From contig DASTOB010000210.1 of assembly GCA_035720425.1 (NCBI GenBank), positions 2,638 through 66,637 on the forward strand: a DNA stretch of 64,000 bases, given 5' to 3'. Under the pieces are notes generated by a model. The model was not told where the DNA came from and made no database searches. It saw only the letters and a list, made by a program, of their open reading frames with translations. The translations under genes were made by a program, and so were the position numbers. Source of the stretch: Candidatus Limnocylindrales bacterium (GTDB lineage: Bacteria > Chloroflexota > Limnocylindria > Limnocylindrales > CSP1-4). Below, piece after piece: positions 1 to 9,600 of the stretch (the stretch's first letter is position 1; each line of letters begins with the position of its first letter).

Positions 1-1
1 T

Positions 2-175
2 TCCGGCGAGGGTCGCTGGACGGTCCAGGAGGCGATCGACCACGACGTCCCGGCGCCGGTCATCACGCTCTCGCTCCTCACTCGGTTCCGATCCCGCCAG
101 GACGACTCCTACGGCGCGAAGGTGCTCGCCGCCCTCCGCAATGAATTCGGCGGTCACGCGGTGAAGACCGAGTGA
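2..175 (+). CDS. gnd: 6-phosphogluconate dehydrogenase (decarboxylating), C-terminal fragment; 5' end lies outside the window
   Basis: Frame 2 translates to ...SGEGRWTVQEAIDHDVPAPVITLSLLTRFRSRQDDSYGAKVLAALRNEFGGHAVKTE*. This matches the conserved C-terminus of short-form 6PGDH. It sits directly upstream of zwf-opcA-pgl. Confidence 0.65.
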   Translation, partial: SGEGRWTVQEAIDHDVPAPVITLSLLTRFRSRQDDSYGAKVLAALRNEFGGHAVKTE

Positions 176-196
176 CGACCGAGTAACGACCGCGCC

Positions 197-1816
197 ATGA
201 CGACGCGGCTCGCCCCGAAGGACGCCCATCGAACGATGCGCGAGCTCCGGCTCGCGCACGAGGGCCGCCGGAAGGGCCCCGCGAGGCCGATCGACAACCC
301 ACTCCGCGAGGGCCTCCGCCTCGAGCGGATGCCGGACCCGTGCGTCGTCGTCCTGTTCGGAGGGACCGGCGACCTATCGGCCCGCAAGGTCGTCCCGGCG
401 CTCTACCAGCTGTGGCGGACGAACCTCCTGCCGCACGAGTTCGTCGTCCTCGCCCTGGGCCGGCGGGAGATGGACGATGAGGACTACCGGACCGAGGTCC
501 GGTCCGCGCTCGAGCGTTTCTCGCGGGTCCAGCCCCTCGACGAGACGGTCGCGAGCGCCTTCATCGAGCGAATCCTCTACCAGCGCCTCGACTTCGACGA
601 CGCCGGGGCGTTCGACGCGCTCGCGACTCGCCTGACCGCGATCGACGAGGACCATGCGACCGGCGGCAACCGGCTCTACTACCTCGCCACCCAGCCATCG
701 GCGTTCAGCGAGATCGTCGCCCAGCTCGGTCGGGTGGGGCTCGACCACGAGACACACGGCGGCGGCTGGCGGCGGATCGTCATCGAGAAGCCGTTCGGGC
801 ATGATCTCGACTCCGCGCGCCGGCTGAACCGCGACGTCGGCAAGGTCTTCCGCGAATCGCAGATCTACCGGATCGACCACTACCTCGGCAAGGAAACGGT
901 CCGCAACCTGCTCGTCTTCCGCTTCGGCAACGGCATCTTCGAGCCGATCTGGAACCGGCGCCACATCGACCACGTGCAGATCACGGTGGCCGAGTCGATC
1001 GGCGTCGAGGGCCGAGGGGCGTTCTACGAGGAGACCGGCGCGTCGCGCGACTTCCTCCAGAACCACCTCCTCCAGCTCCTGTCGCTCGTGGCCATGGAGC
1101 CCCCGGCCACGTTCGAGGCGAACGCGCTGCGCGACGAGAAGGTCAAGGTCCTGCGCGCGCTCCAGGACGTCACCCCGGAGATCGTCCGGCACGACGTCGT
1201 GCGTGGCCAGTACGGTCCGGGCTGGGTCGGCGGAACACCGGTGCCGGGCTACCGCGAGGAACCGAAGGTGGACGCCCACTCCGAGACCGAGACATTCGTC
1301 GCGGCGAAGCTCAGCATCGACGACTGGCGCTGGTCCGGCGTGCCGTTCTATGTCCGGGTGGGCAAGCGCCTCCCGAAGCGGTCGACCGAGATCGCGATCC
1401 AGTTCAAGGAAGTTCCCCACCGGCTGTTCGTCGAGTCGAGCTCCGATCCGGAGCCGAACCTGCTCGCGATCCGGATCCAGCCGGACGAGGGGATCATGCT
1501 CCGCTTCGGGGCCAAGATCCCGGGGCTCGGCATCGACGTCCGATCAGTGACGATGGACTTCACCTACGGCTCTGCCTTCGCCGTCGATTCACCGGACGCC
1601 TACGAGACGCTCATCCTCGACGCGCTCCTCGGTGATGCCTCGCTGTTCACGCGGGCCGACGAGGTCGAGACCGCGTGGGGCATCGTCGACCCGATCATCA
1701 TGGCCTGGGCGGACGACGGACCACCGGACTTCCCGAACTACGAGTCCGGAACGTGGGGGCCAGCGACGGCCGATGACCTGCTCGCGAGGGATGGGCGGAG
1801 ATGGCGGCGGATCTGA
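197..1816 (+). CDS. zwf: glucose-6-phosphate 1-dehydrogenase
   Basis: 539-aa ORF with the G6PD signature RIDHYLGKE and an N-terminal NADP-binding GxxGDLA motif (LFGGTGDLSARK). Confidence 0.95.
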   Translation: MTTRLAPKDAHRTMRELRLAHEGRRKGPARPIDNPLREGLRLERMPDPCVVVLFGGTGDLSARKVVPALYQLWRTNLLPHEFVVLALGRREMDDEDYRTEVRSALERFSRVQPLDETVASAFIERILYQRLDFDDAGAFDALATRLTAIDEDHATGGNRLYYLATQPSAFSEIVAQLGRVGLDHETHGGGWRRIVIEKPFGHDLDSARRLNRDVGKVFRESQIYRIDHYLGKETVRNLLVFRFGNGIFEPIWNRRHIDHVQITVAESIGVEGRGAFYEETGASRDFLQNHLLQLLSLVAMEPPATFEANALRDEKVKVLRALQDVTPEIVRHDVVRGQYGPGWVGGTPVPGYREEPKVDAHSETETFVAAKLSIDDWRWSGVPFYVRVGKRLPKRSTEIAIQFKEVPHRLFVESSSDPEPNLLAIRIQPDEGIMLRFGAKIPGLGIDVRSVTMDFTYGSAFAVDSPDAYETLILDALLGDASLFTRADEVETAWGIVDPIIMAWADDGPPDFPNYESGTWGPATADDLLARDGRRWRRI

Positions 1817-3032
1817 TCCGGTGACGCTCGAGACGGCCGGGGGCAACGCTGCGCCGACCCTGCGCTGGCGGTCACGGGCGCGCACGATCGAGGGCATCGA
1901 GAAGGAGCTGGCCCGGATCTGGTCGCAGCCGGACCTGACCACGACGGTCGACGGTGCACCCGGCCGGCACGTGGCCGCTCGCACGAGCGTGATGAACCTC
2001 GTCGTCGTCGCCCGCCGGCCGGAGACCGCGGAGCGCTGCGCGGCGACGATCCAGGCGCTCACCGGGCGCCACCCGTCGCGGACGCTCGTGGTGTCGCCGG
2101 CCGACCCGGACGGACCGTCCTGGCTCGACGCGCACATCCAGGCTCATTGCGTGCTGCCGCGCGAGGATGCCCCCGAGGTGTGCGCTGAAACGATCTTTCT
2201 GACCTGCGGCGGCGAGTCGGGCCGACACCTCGGCGCAGTCGTCGCACCGCTGCTCATCCACGACCTGCCGGTGACCCTGTGGTGGCCCGGCAACCCGCCC
2301 TTCGGCCGAACCGGCGCGACCGACCTCTTTGCCACGGCCGACCGACTGGTCGTCGACGGGTCCACGTTCGGCGAGAACGGCCTCGCCCGACTGGAGCGGA
2401 TGGCGCAGCTCATGTCCGAGCGGGACCTCTCGATCTTCGACTTCGCGCTCGTCCGCCAGGCGCGCTGGCGCGAGGCGATCGCGTCGGTCTTCGACATGCC
2501 GCCGTTCATGCCGTTCCTCCGCTCGATCCGCCGCATCGCCGTCACGTACGCGACCCACGACGAGTCGGGAGACCCGACGGCCACGAACATCGTCAAGCCG
2601 CTCTATCACGTGGCCTGGCTCGCGTCGCGGCTCGGCCTGGCCGTCGCGCGACCGCTCGAGGCGCTCCCCGTCCCCCGGCGCAGCACCGCGCCGCGGGGGT
2701 TCGCGGCGACGCTGCACGAGGGCCGCCGCCAAATCGCCGTCGTCATCCGCCCGGTCACCTCTCCGATGCCGGGCGGGACGACGCTCCGGGTCGAGCTCCT
2801 CGCCGAACGACGGGGCAGCGAGCTCCGGGCCGACGTGACGGCAGAGGCGGAGACGGTTCGCGTGCATGTGTGGCGGGACGGTGTCGAAGCCCTCGATCGG
2901 GCGTTCCAGGCACCCCGTCGGACCGACGTCGACCTGCTCGCCGAGGCGATCGAGACAGGCGGCGCGGACCCGGTAGCGCGCGATGCCCTCCGGGCCGCCG
3001 GCGCCCTCGGCGGCAGCGCGTCGGCCCGGTGA
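1791..3032 (+). CDS. opcA: OpcA, glucose-6-phosphate dehydrogenase assembly protein
   Basis: It lies immediately downstream of zwf and overlaps it, as is typical for actinobacterial zwf-opcA. The start is chosen at in-frame ATG 1791; GTG 1821 is also possible. The large upstream extension of the ORF is a GC artefact. Confidence 0.8.
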   Translation: MGGDGGGSDPVTLETAGGNAAPTLRWRSRARTIEGIEKELARIWSQPDLTTTVDGAPGRHVAARTSVMNLVVVARRPETAERCAATIQALTGRHPSRTLVVSPADPDGPSWLDAHIQAHCVLPREDAPEVCAETIFLTCGGESGRHLGAVVAPLLIHDLPVTLWWPGNPPFGRTGATDLFATADRLVVDGSTFGENGLARLERMAQLMSERDLSIFDFALVRQARWREAIASVFDMPPFMPFLRSIRRIAVTYATHDESGDPTATNIVKPLYHVAWLASRLGLAVARPLEALPVPRRSTAPRGFAATLHEGRRQIAVVIRPVTSPMPGGTTLRVELLAERRGSELRADVTAEAETVRVHVWRDGVEALDRAFQAPRRTDVDLLAEAIETGGADPVARDALRAAGALGGSASAR

Positions 3033-3802
3033 TCGAACCGACCGTCATCGTTCTGCCGGATCCCGCGGCGGTGACGGCCCAGGCGGCCGACCGGATCGCC
3101 GCGGCGCTGGCCGGAGCGGTCGAGGAGCACGGGCGCGCCGACTGGGCGACGACCGGCGGCTCGACGCCGGTGCCGATCTACCGGCTCCTCGCGTCGCCGC
3201 CACGGCGCGATCGCGTGCCGTGGGCGCGCGTCCACACCTGGTGGGGCGACGATCGGTTCGTCCCGGCGAGCGACACGCTGTCGAACGCGGCGCCCGCCCG
3301 CGAGCACCTGCTCGGCCCGCTCGGCATGCCCGAGGCGAACGTGCACGCCGTCCCGGCCGATGCCTCACTCGCCGCCGGCGAGACGGCCGACGCGTGTGCG
3401 GCGCGCTACGGGGCGGAGCTGCGCGCGAGCGGGCTCCCGACCGCCAGCGGCTGGCCGGTCTTCGACCTCGTCATCGTCGGGATCGGCTCCGATGGGCACC
3501 TGCTGTCGGTCTTTCCCGGATCGGCCACCTTCGATCGCCGCGAGTGGGTCCTCGGGATCCCGGCTCCGACCCATATCGAGCCGCACGTCCCGCGCGTCAC
3601 GCTCAACCCGAGGATCCTCGACGTCGCCCGGACGCTCCTCGTCATCGTCCACGGGAGCGGCAAGGCGGCGATCCTCGGCGAGGTCTTCGGCGCCGTCCGG
3701 GACGAGCGGCGCTGGCCGGCCCAGGTCGCGCGGCGCGCCGGGGCGACCTGGATCCTCGACGCCGCGGCGGCGGAGCGGCTGCCCGCCACGGCCGGCAGGT
3801 GA
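3029..3802 (+). CDS. pgl: 6-phosphogluconolactonase
   Basis: The C-terminal ~258 aa of ORF 2279..3802 carries TTGGSTPVPIY and VIVGIGSDGHLLSVFPG, both Pgl/NagB-family motifs. GTG start at 3029 just after the opcA stop. Confidence 0.85.
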   Translation: MIEPTVIVLPDPAAVTAQAADRIAAALAGAVEEHGRADWATTGGSTPVPIYRLLASPPRRDRVPWARVHTWWGDDRFVPASDTLSNAAPAREHLLGPLGMPEANVHAVPADASLAAGETADACAARYGAELRASGLPTASGWPVFDLVIVGIGSDGHLLSVFPGSATFDRREWVLGIPAPTHIEPHVPRVTLNPRILDVARTLLVIVHGSGKAAILGEVFGAVRDERRWPAQVARRAGATWILDAAAAERLPATAGR

Positions 3803-4614
3803 GCGTGCGCACCGTCGGGTCGGCCGACGGGACGCCGATCGCGGTCTTCGCGTCGGGCGATCCGTCCACCCCGCCGGTCCTCCTCGTCCATGGCACGACG
3901 GCGGACCACACCGCCTTTCGGACCATCGATCCGCTGCTCGGGGAGCGGTTCGCGGTCCATGCGATGGACCGGCGCGGCCGGGGAGCGAGCGGCGACGGCC
4001 CCGCATACGCGATCGAGCGCGAGTTCGAGGACGTCGCGGCGGTCGCGGATCGGCTGGCCGACGAGACCGGACGGCCGATCGGCGTCGTCGGCCACTCGTT
4101 CGGCGGGCGGTGCGGGCTCGGCGCGGCGATGCACACCCGAAGCATCGGCCGCCTCGTCGTCTACGAGGGCGCGCCGGAGCCGGCGGGCGCGTCGTTCGAC
4201 CCGCCGGGCTTCGTCGAGCGGTTCGAGCGGCTCCTCCTCGAGGGCCGACCGGCCGACGCCCTCGAGGCGTTCTTCCGGGACGTCGTCGGGATGGACGACG
4301 CCGCGCTCGCGGCATACCGCGACAACCCGATCTGGCCGGTGCGGGTCGCGGCCGCCGGGACGATCCTGCGCGAGATGACCGGAGCGGGATCTCCGGCGGC
4401 GGGAATCGACGCGCTCGGCGCCGTTGCGTGCCCGGTCCTGCAGGTCCTCGGCGGCGAGAGCCGGGACGTCTTCCGCGACGCGACCGAGGCCCTCGACGCA
4501 CGCCTGCGCGACGGTCAAATCGCGGTCATCCCGGGAGCGGCGCACGCCGCCCACCACACGCATCCGGACGCGTTCGTGGCGGCGGTCGCGCCGTTCCTCC
4601 TGCAGGTGACGTAG
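3799..4614 (+). CDS. alpha/beta-fold hydrolase
   Basis: GTG start overlapping the pgl stop. Nucleophile elbow GHSFGG, and N-terminal LLVHGTTADH. Confidence 0.75.
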   Translation: MSVRTVGSADGTPIAVFASGDPSTPPVLLVHGTTADHTAFRTIDPLLGERFAVHAMDRRGRGASGDGPAYAIEREFEDVAAVADRLADETGRPIGVVGHSFGGRCGLGAAMHTRSIGRLVVYEGAPEPAGASFDPPGFVERFERLLLEGRPADALEAFFRDVVGMDDAALAAYRDNPIWPVRVAAAGTILREMTGAGSPAAGIDALGAVACPVLQVLGGESRDVFRDATEALDARLRDGQIAVIPGAAHAAHHTHPDAFVAAVAPFLLQVT

Positions 4615-4664
4615 ACCCGACCCACCGATCCGGGTGACAGACGCGCCGCCCGGACGCGCCTACG

Positions 4665-6068
4665 GTGGTGGCGATGGCCCACTCTTCCGCCCTCGATCCC
4701 GGGTTCGGGGCGGCCAGCGCGGACCGATTCCGCGCGCTGCTGCGCCGCATCGTCCCGCTGGCCGTCGTGTTCGGCGCGCTCGAACTCCTTCTTGCCGCCC
4801 TCTACGGTGACGCCTCAACGGCGGGCGTCGGGGTCATGACCACCGGGTACGGACTGTGGCTCCTCGCAATCGCGAGCCGACTCGGCACGTGGTCGATCGG
4901 GCACATCGTCCTCGCCGCGTGGATGCCGATTCTGCCGCTCGCCGTTGTCGCGGCGGCACTCCAACCGCTTGCCGTTCCCGCCCTCACGATCGTGCCCCTC
5001 GTGGCGGCCGCCGCGACGCTCCCGTTCGAGCCCGACCCGGGCCGAATCCGCCGCCTCATGTTCGTGACCGGTTTGTCTGCGTTTGGGGTCATCGTCGTCG
5101 GGACGGCGGAGCCGTTCCCCACACTGCTGCCAGCGGCGCTGCACTATCCGTTCGTCGTCAGCACCTCCGCTGCCGCGGTCGGACTGTTCCTCTATCTGTT
5201 GTCCCAGTTCTCGTGGCGCCTTCGGGAGGCTCTGGGCGATGCGGTCCGCGCGACCGTGGAACTCGATGAGGCGCACCGCGAGCGACGCCGCATCGACCGC
5301 GAACTCCACGAGGCCCAGCGGGTCGCGAGCCTGGCCACCCTGGCCGGCGGCGTCGCACACGACTTCAACAACCTGCTGACCGCCGTCGTCGGCAACGCCG
5401 AGCTGGCGCTGAGCGACACGCCGGCCGACTCGCCCATTCGCGGCGAGCTCGAGGCGATCCGGGACGCCGCCAACCGGGCGGCGGAGTTGAGCCGCCTCAT
5501 GCATGTCTACTCGGCCGGAGCGCGGTTCACGACTGGGCGCGTCGCACTGCCAGCGCTCGTCGACGATCTCCGGCCGGATCTCGACGCGGCGCTCCCGGCG
5601 GGTGTCGAGCTCGTCGCAGAGCTCGATCGCGCGACACCGGACGTGCTCGGCGATCCGCGCGAGCTTCGGCGGATCGTGGAGCACCTCGTCGCGAACGCCG
5701 GGGAGGCGATCGCCGAGACGGGCGCAGAGTCGGGCGATCCCACGACCGACGGAGGCGCCCCACGCGGCACGATCACGATTCGGGTCGAGCGGCGCGAGGT
5801 GACGGCGGCCGACCTCGCGACGGCGGTCGGCGACGACCGCGCGGGACCGGGGTCGTACGCCGTCCTGACCGTCGACGATACCGGGCCGGGCGTCGACCCA
5901 TCGCTGCGCGAGCGGATCTGGGACCCCTTCGTGACGACACGCTTCGTCGGCCGCGGACTTGGGCTCGCGGCGGTGTTCGGCATCGTCCGCGGGCACCACG
6001 GCGCCGTCCGGGTCGACGACCGACCGGGCGGCGGCGCACGCTTCGAGGTCTTCCTGCCGCCGGCCTGA
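4665..6068 (+). CDS. membrane sensor histidine kinase (orphan)
   Basis: Hydrophobic N-terminal half with about 5 TM segments. H-box HDFNNLLTAV and a C-terminal HATPase_c with G-boxes (DDTGPG, GRGLGLA). Confidence 0.8.
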   Translation: MVAMAHSSALDPGFGAASADRFRALLRRIVPLAVVFGALELLLAALYGDASTAGVGVMTTGYGLWLLAIASRLGTWSIGHIVLAAWMPILPLAVVAAALQPLAVPALTIVPLVAAAATLPFEPDPGRIRRLMFVTGLSAFGVIVVGTAEPFPTLLPAALHYPFVVSTSAAAVGLFLYLLSQFSWRLREALGDAVRATVELDEAHRERRRIDRELHEAQRVASLATLAGGVAHDFNNLLTAVVGNAELALSDTPADSPIRGELEAIRDAANRAAELSRLMHVYSAGARFTTGRVALPALVDDLRPDLDAALPAGVELVAELDRATPDVLGDPRELRRIVEHLVANAGEAIAETGAESGDPTTDGGAPRGTITIRVERREVTAADLATAVGDDRAGPGSYAVLTVDDTGPGVDPSLRERIWDPFVTTRFVGRGLGLAAVFGIVRGHHGAVRVDDRPGGGARFEVFLPPA

Positions 6069-6123
6069 TCCCGGACGATGGATCGGCCGGCGCGGGTCGG
6101 CCCGGTCGTGCGAGACTCTCGGC

Positions 6124-6381
6124 GTGGACGTCCTCGGCTGGCTCGTCGTCGGATTCATCGCCGGGTGGTTGTCCGGCATGGTCGTGCCCGGCCGCAGCGC
6201 CCGCGGCTGCCTGCCGAACATCCTCGTAGGCGTGCTCGGCGCGATCGTCGGTGGATACCTCGCCCGCGAGCTGCGCATCGGCGACCCGAGCGGCTTCCTC
6301 GGCGCGGTCGTCGTCGCGTTCGTCGGGGCCGTCGTCGTGCGACTCGCCATCGGCCTGGTCGACGGGGATCGGTCGCGCTGA
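6124..6381 (+). CDS. GlsB/YeaQ/YmgE family small membrane protein
   Basis: About 85 aa with LGWLVVGFIAGWLSG...GVLGAIVGGYLA, matching the transglycosylase-associated protein family. GTG start inferred. Confidence 0.65.
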   Translation: MDVLGWLVVGFIAGWLSGMVVPGRSARGCLPNILVGVLGAIVGGYLARELRIGDPSGFLGAVVVAFVGAVVVRLAIGLVDGDRSR

Positions 6382-6465
6382 GGCTCCGGTTGGTCGCCGC
6401 ACGCGGACCGCAGCCGGCACGTTTGGGCCATTCGGACCGGGTCGCCCGCCCCGGTCGAGGGTAGG

Positions 6466-7626
6466 ATGGCCGGGTCAGGAGGCCTGCCGAACGCGATGAC
6501 CGACTCCCCCGCCGACTCCCGCGTCGACTCCCCCGCTCCGCAGCGACCCTACTCCCCCGGCCTCGAAGGGGTCGTCGCCGGCGAGACCGCGCTCGGGCAC
6601 GTCGACGGCGAACGCGGCCGGCTCACGTACCGCGGCTACCGGATCGGCGATCTCGTCGAGCACGGCACCTACCCCGCCGTCGCGAACCTGCTGTGGACCG
6701 GCGAGTGGGATCCCGGGTTCCGGTTGCCGACCGCACCCATTCCGCCCGCCGTCCTGGAAACGCTCCGCGCGCTCCCTGGCGACGCGAAGCCGATGGACGC
6801 GCTGCGCACGGCGGTGTCCGCGTGGGGCGCGACGCAGACACTCGACTGGCCGCCGACGGCCGACCAGGCGCGCGCGCTCACCGCGTTCTCGCCGTCCGCG
6901 CTGGCCGCCTTCGCCCGGCTGCGCGCCGGGCACGAGCCTGTCGCCCCCGATCCGTCGCTCGACCTGGTCGACGGCTTCCTCTATCAGCTGACCGGCGAGC
7001 GTGCCGACCCGGGCACGGTGCGCGCGCTCGACGCGTACTTCATCGTCGGTGCCGAGCACGGCTTCAATGCGTCGACGTTCACGGCCCGGGTCATCACCTC
7101 GACCCGCTCGGACATCGCGTCGGCGGTGGTCGGGGCGATCGGAACGATGAAGGGGCCGCTCCACGGCGGGGCGCCGTCGGAGGTCGTCGACCAGCTCGCC
7201 CAGGTTGGCTCAGTCGAGCACGCTGAGGAGTGGATCCGCGGCGCGTTCGAGCGCGGGGAGCGGCTCATGGGCTTCGGCCACCGCGTCTATCGCGCCTACG
7301 ACCCGCGCGCCGCCGCCCTCCGCAAGGTGGCCGAGTCGATGGAGCACAAGCCGGACTGGCTCGAACTCGCCATCGCCGTCGAGGACGTCGCGCTGCGCCT
7401 CCTCGCCGAGAAGAACCCGGACCGGCCGATCAAGACCAACGTCGAGTATTACGCGGCGCCGGTGCTCATGGGCGTCGGCCTCACGCCGGATCTGTTCCCG
7501 GCCACGTTCTCGCTGTCGCGCCACGCCGGCTGGACCGCCCACGTCCTCGAGCAGGCGGGCGCGAACCGGCTCATCCGGCCCGATGTGAACTACATCGGCC
7601 CCGGGGAGCGCGACCTGCCGGGCTGA
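6466..7626 (+). CDS. citrate synthase family protein (citrate or 2-methylcitrate synthase)
   Basis: GFGHRVYRAYDPRA and the catalytic His/Asp region. 386 aa. Confidence 0.9.
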   Translation: MAGSGGLPNAMTDSPADSRVDSPAPQRPYSPGLEGVVAGETALGHVDGERGRLTYRGYRIGDLVEHGTYPAVANLLWTGEWDPGFRLPTAPIPPAVLETLRALPGDAKPMDALRTAVSAWGATQTLDWPPTADQARALTAFSPSALAAFARLRAGHEPVAPDPSLDLVDGFLYQLTGERADPGTVRALDAYFIVGAEHGFNASTFTARVITSTRSDIASAVVGAIGTMKGPLHGGAPSEVVDQLAQVGSVEHAEEWIRGAFERGERLMGFGHRVYRAYDPRAAALRKVAESMEHKPDWLELAIAVEDVALRLLAEKNPDRPIKTNVEYYAAPVLMGVGLTPDLFPATFSLSRHAGWTAHVLEQAGANRLIRPDVNYIGPGERDLPG

Positions 7627-7629
7627 TCG

Positions 7630-7866
7630 CCGCGTCCGGCGTTCCGCGCCGCGTCCCGCGTTCCGCGCCGCGTCCGGCGATCCGCGCCGCGTCCCGCGTT
7701 CCGGCCCGCGTCGGACATTCCGAATTCGTACGCGTTGGGGGCGGCTTCCTCCCACCGGCCGTTGCTCCGATTTCGGATTCCGGTTTCGGATTCCGGTTTC
7801 GGATTCCGGTTTCGGATTACCGTTCGGTCGGAGATCGGTCCCCGTGCAGCGTACGAATTCGGAACA
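7630..7866. repeat. composite intergenic repeat between convergent citrate synthase and corA
   Basis: About 4.5 tandem copies of a ~19-bp unit CCGCGTCC(C/G)GCG(T/A)TCCGCG (7630-7710). A 16-bp perfect inverted repeat TTCCGAATTCGTACGC (7718-7733) and GCGTACGAATTCGGAA (7850-7865) brackets 3.5 copies of a 14-bp unit GATTCCGGTTTCG. Confidence 0.6.
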
Positions 7867-7884
7867 CCACGAGCACGGAACCCG

Positions 7885-8880
7885 CTACAGCCAGCCCCGC
7901 CTGCGGAAGTAGGCCACGAGCGCGACGAGCATCGCCGCCATGAGCCCCATGATCAGCCAGAACGCCGCCAGCTGGCCCTCGCCCGGCACCTCGACGTTCA
8001 TCCCGAAGATCGAGGCGATTAGCGTGAGCGGCAGGAGGATCACGCTCACCGCGGTGAGGATCCGGAACGAGTCGTTCAGTTGATGCGACAGGACCGATTC
8101 GTTCGTCGATTCGAGGCCCTCGACGACCTCCTTGTAGTTCTCGAGGATGTCCCACGTTCGCTCGGCCGCGTCGGAGATGTCGTCGAAGTAGATCTCGAGC
8201 TCCTCGGCCAGGTAGCGCTGCTTCGTCCGTTCGAGGTCACGCAGGACGGCGCGCTGGGGCCGGGTGATCTTGCGGAAGTTGAGGATCTCCTGCTTCGCCT
8301 CGCTGATGTCGCGGACGACGGCCTGCGATCGGCCCTCGAAGATGTCGTCCTCGATCCGCTCCAGTTTGGCGCCCATCTTGCGGAGCATCGGAAAGGCCGC
8401 GTCGACGTTCGTGTCGACGATCTTGTAGAGCAGGTAGCCGGAGCCCTTGGCGAAGACCTCCTCGCGCAGGTCGGCGCGCGAGGCGAGGCGATCGAACATG
8501 GCCGACAGCGGTGGCAGTGGCTCGTTCGGCAGGGTGATGAGGAAGTCCTGGCCGACGAACAGGTCGACCTCCGAGGTGAGCAGCCGCCCGGTCGGTTTAT
8601 CGAACACGGGAAAGTGCAGCACGATGAACAGGTAGTCGTCGTAACTGTCGAGTTTCGGTCGCTGGTTGCGCGATGCAACGTCCTCGAGGTCGAGCGGGTG
8701 GAACCCGAACTCCGCCTCAAGCCAGTCCCGGTCCGCCCCACGCGGTCGCTCGAGGTGGTACCAGCGCAGGCCGGCCGCCTCGATGAGCCGCCGCTCGGCG
8801 TGCTCCGGCGGCGGGATCGGAACGGCCGCGCCGACACTCGGCCGGCGGAGGTGTGGTCGCGGCAGGGGAAGCGTCGGCAC
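7885..8880 (-). CDS. corA: magnesium/cobalt transporter CorA
   Basis: C-terminal 2-TM region with the (Y/F)GMN signature (IFGMNVEVP). 331 aa. Confidence 0.9.
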   Translation of the reverse strand: MPTLPLPRPHLRRPSVGAAVPIPPPEHAERRLIEAAGLRWYHLERPRGADRDWLEAEFGFHPLDLEDVASRNQRPKLDSYDDYLFIVLHFPVFDKPTGRLLTSEVDLFVGQDFLITLPNEPLPPLSAMFDRLASRADLREEVFAKGSGYLLYKIVDTNVDAAFPMLRKMGAKLERIEDDIFEGRSQAVVRDISEAKQEILNFRKITRPQRAVLRDLERTKQRYLAEELEIYFDDISDAAERTWDILENYKEVVEGLESTNESVLSHQLNDSFRILTAVSVILLPLTLIASIFGMNVEVPGEGQLAAFWLIMGLMAAMLVALVAYFRRRGWL

Positions 8881-8928
8881 GCGGGCATCGTAGTCCGGGC
8901 GTCGGTTCCGTGAACGCGCGCCGCGGCG

Positions 8929-9600
8929 CTACCCCGGCGGCACGTCGAGCCAGCCCTCGCGGAGGGCGCGGGTGGCGAGCTCCGTCCGTGACGCCACCCC
9001 GAGGCGCTCGAACAGGCGGCGCAGGTGGGTCTCGACCGTCTTCGACCCGATCCCGAGCGCCGCGCCGATCTCGTCATTGCTCCGACCGTCGACGACGAGC
9101 CGGACGACCTCGAGCTCGCGGGCCGACAGCCGGACCGGCGAGCCCGGTCCCGTGCGCGGCCGACGCGCGAACGCGAGCCCGCCGGCGGCGGCGCGCCGGA
9201 TCGCGTCGACGAGCTCCGCGATCGGCGCGGTCTTGAGCACAAACCCGGCCGCGCCGAGACGGAGCGCCGCGTCGGCATACTGCGGGTAGTCGTAGGCGGT
9301 GACGACGACCACGGCGGGCAACGGGTGGTCCGCGGCAGCGGAGGAGAGCATCGTGAGGCCGCTGTCGGTGCCGAGGCGAATGTCGAGCAGGACGACGTCG
9401 ATGTCGGTCGTCGCGAGCAGGTCGGCGGTTTCAGTGAGCGAGCCCGCCGTGCCGACGACCGATAGGTCGGGCTGTGCCGCGAGCAGTGCCGCGGTGCCAT
9501 CGCGAACGACCGGGTGATCGTCGACGACGGCGACGCGGATCGGGTCGCGGCCGGCGAGCGCGCCGCGCCCGGCGTCCGGCGTCGTCAGCGCGGCCGCCAT
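8929..9600 (-). CDS. two-component response regulator, NarL/LuxR family
   Basis: Receiver domain (VVDDHPVVRDG, phospho-acceptor Asp region) plus a C-terminal LuxR HTH (LSARELEVVRLVVDGRSNDEIG). Confidence 0.9.
   Translation of the reverse strand: MAAALTTPDAGRGALAGRDPIRVAVVDDHPVVRDGTAALLAAQPDLSVVGTAGSLTETADLLATTDIDVVLLDIRLGTDSGLTMLSSAAADHPLPAVVVVTAYDYPQYADAALRLGAAGFVLKTAPIAELVDAIRRAAAGGLAFARRPRTGPGSPVRLSARELEVVRLVVDGRSNDEIGAALGIGSKTVETHLRRLFERLGVASRTELATRALREGWLDVPPG

Noticed and set aside
374-1420. 348-aa minus-strand ORF antisense to zwf, and similar long antisense or out-of-frame ORFs: 1872..2867, 3365..4501, 4815..6431, 17747..19219, 32416..34161, 41757..43721, 52823..56539, 54247..57996
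   Set aside because: These ORFs are rich in Arg, Gly, Asp and Pro, have no recognisable motifs, and fully overlap strongly supported genes. This is a typical stop-codon-poor artefact of about 70% GC DNA.
2279-3802. 507-aa ORF suggesting a very long N-terminal extension of pgl
   Set aside because: The upstream 250 aa are out of frame with opcA, which is well supported on the same strand, and are compositionally aberrant. A GTG at 3029 just after the opcA stop gives a normal-length Pgl.
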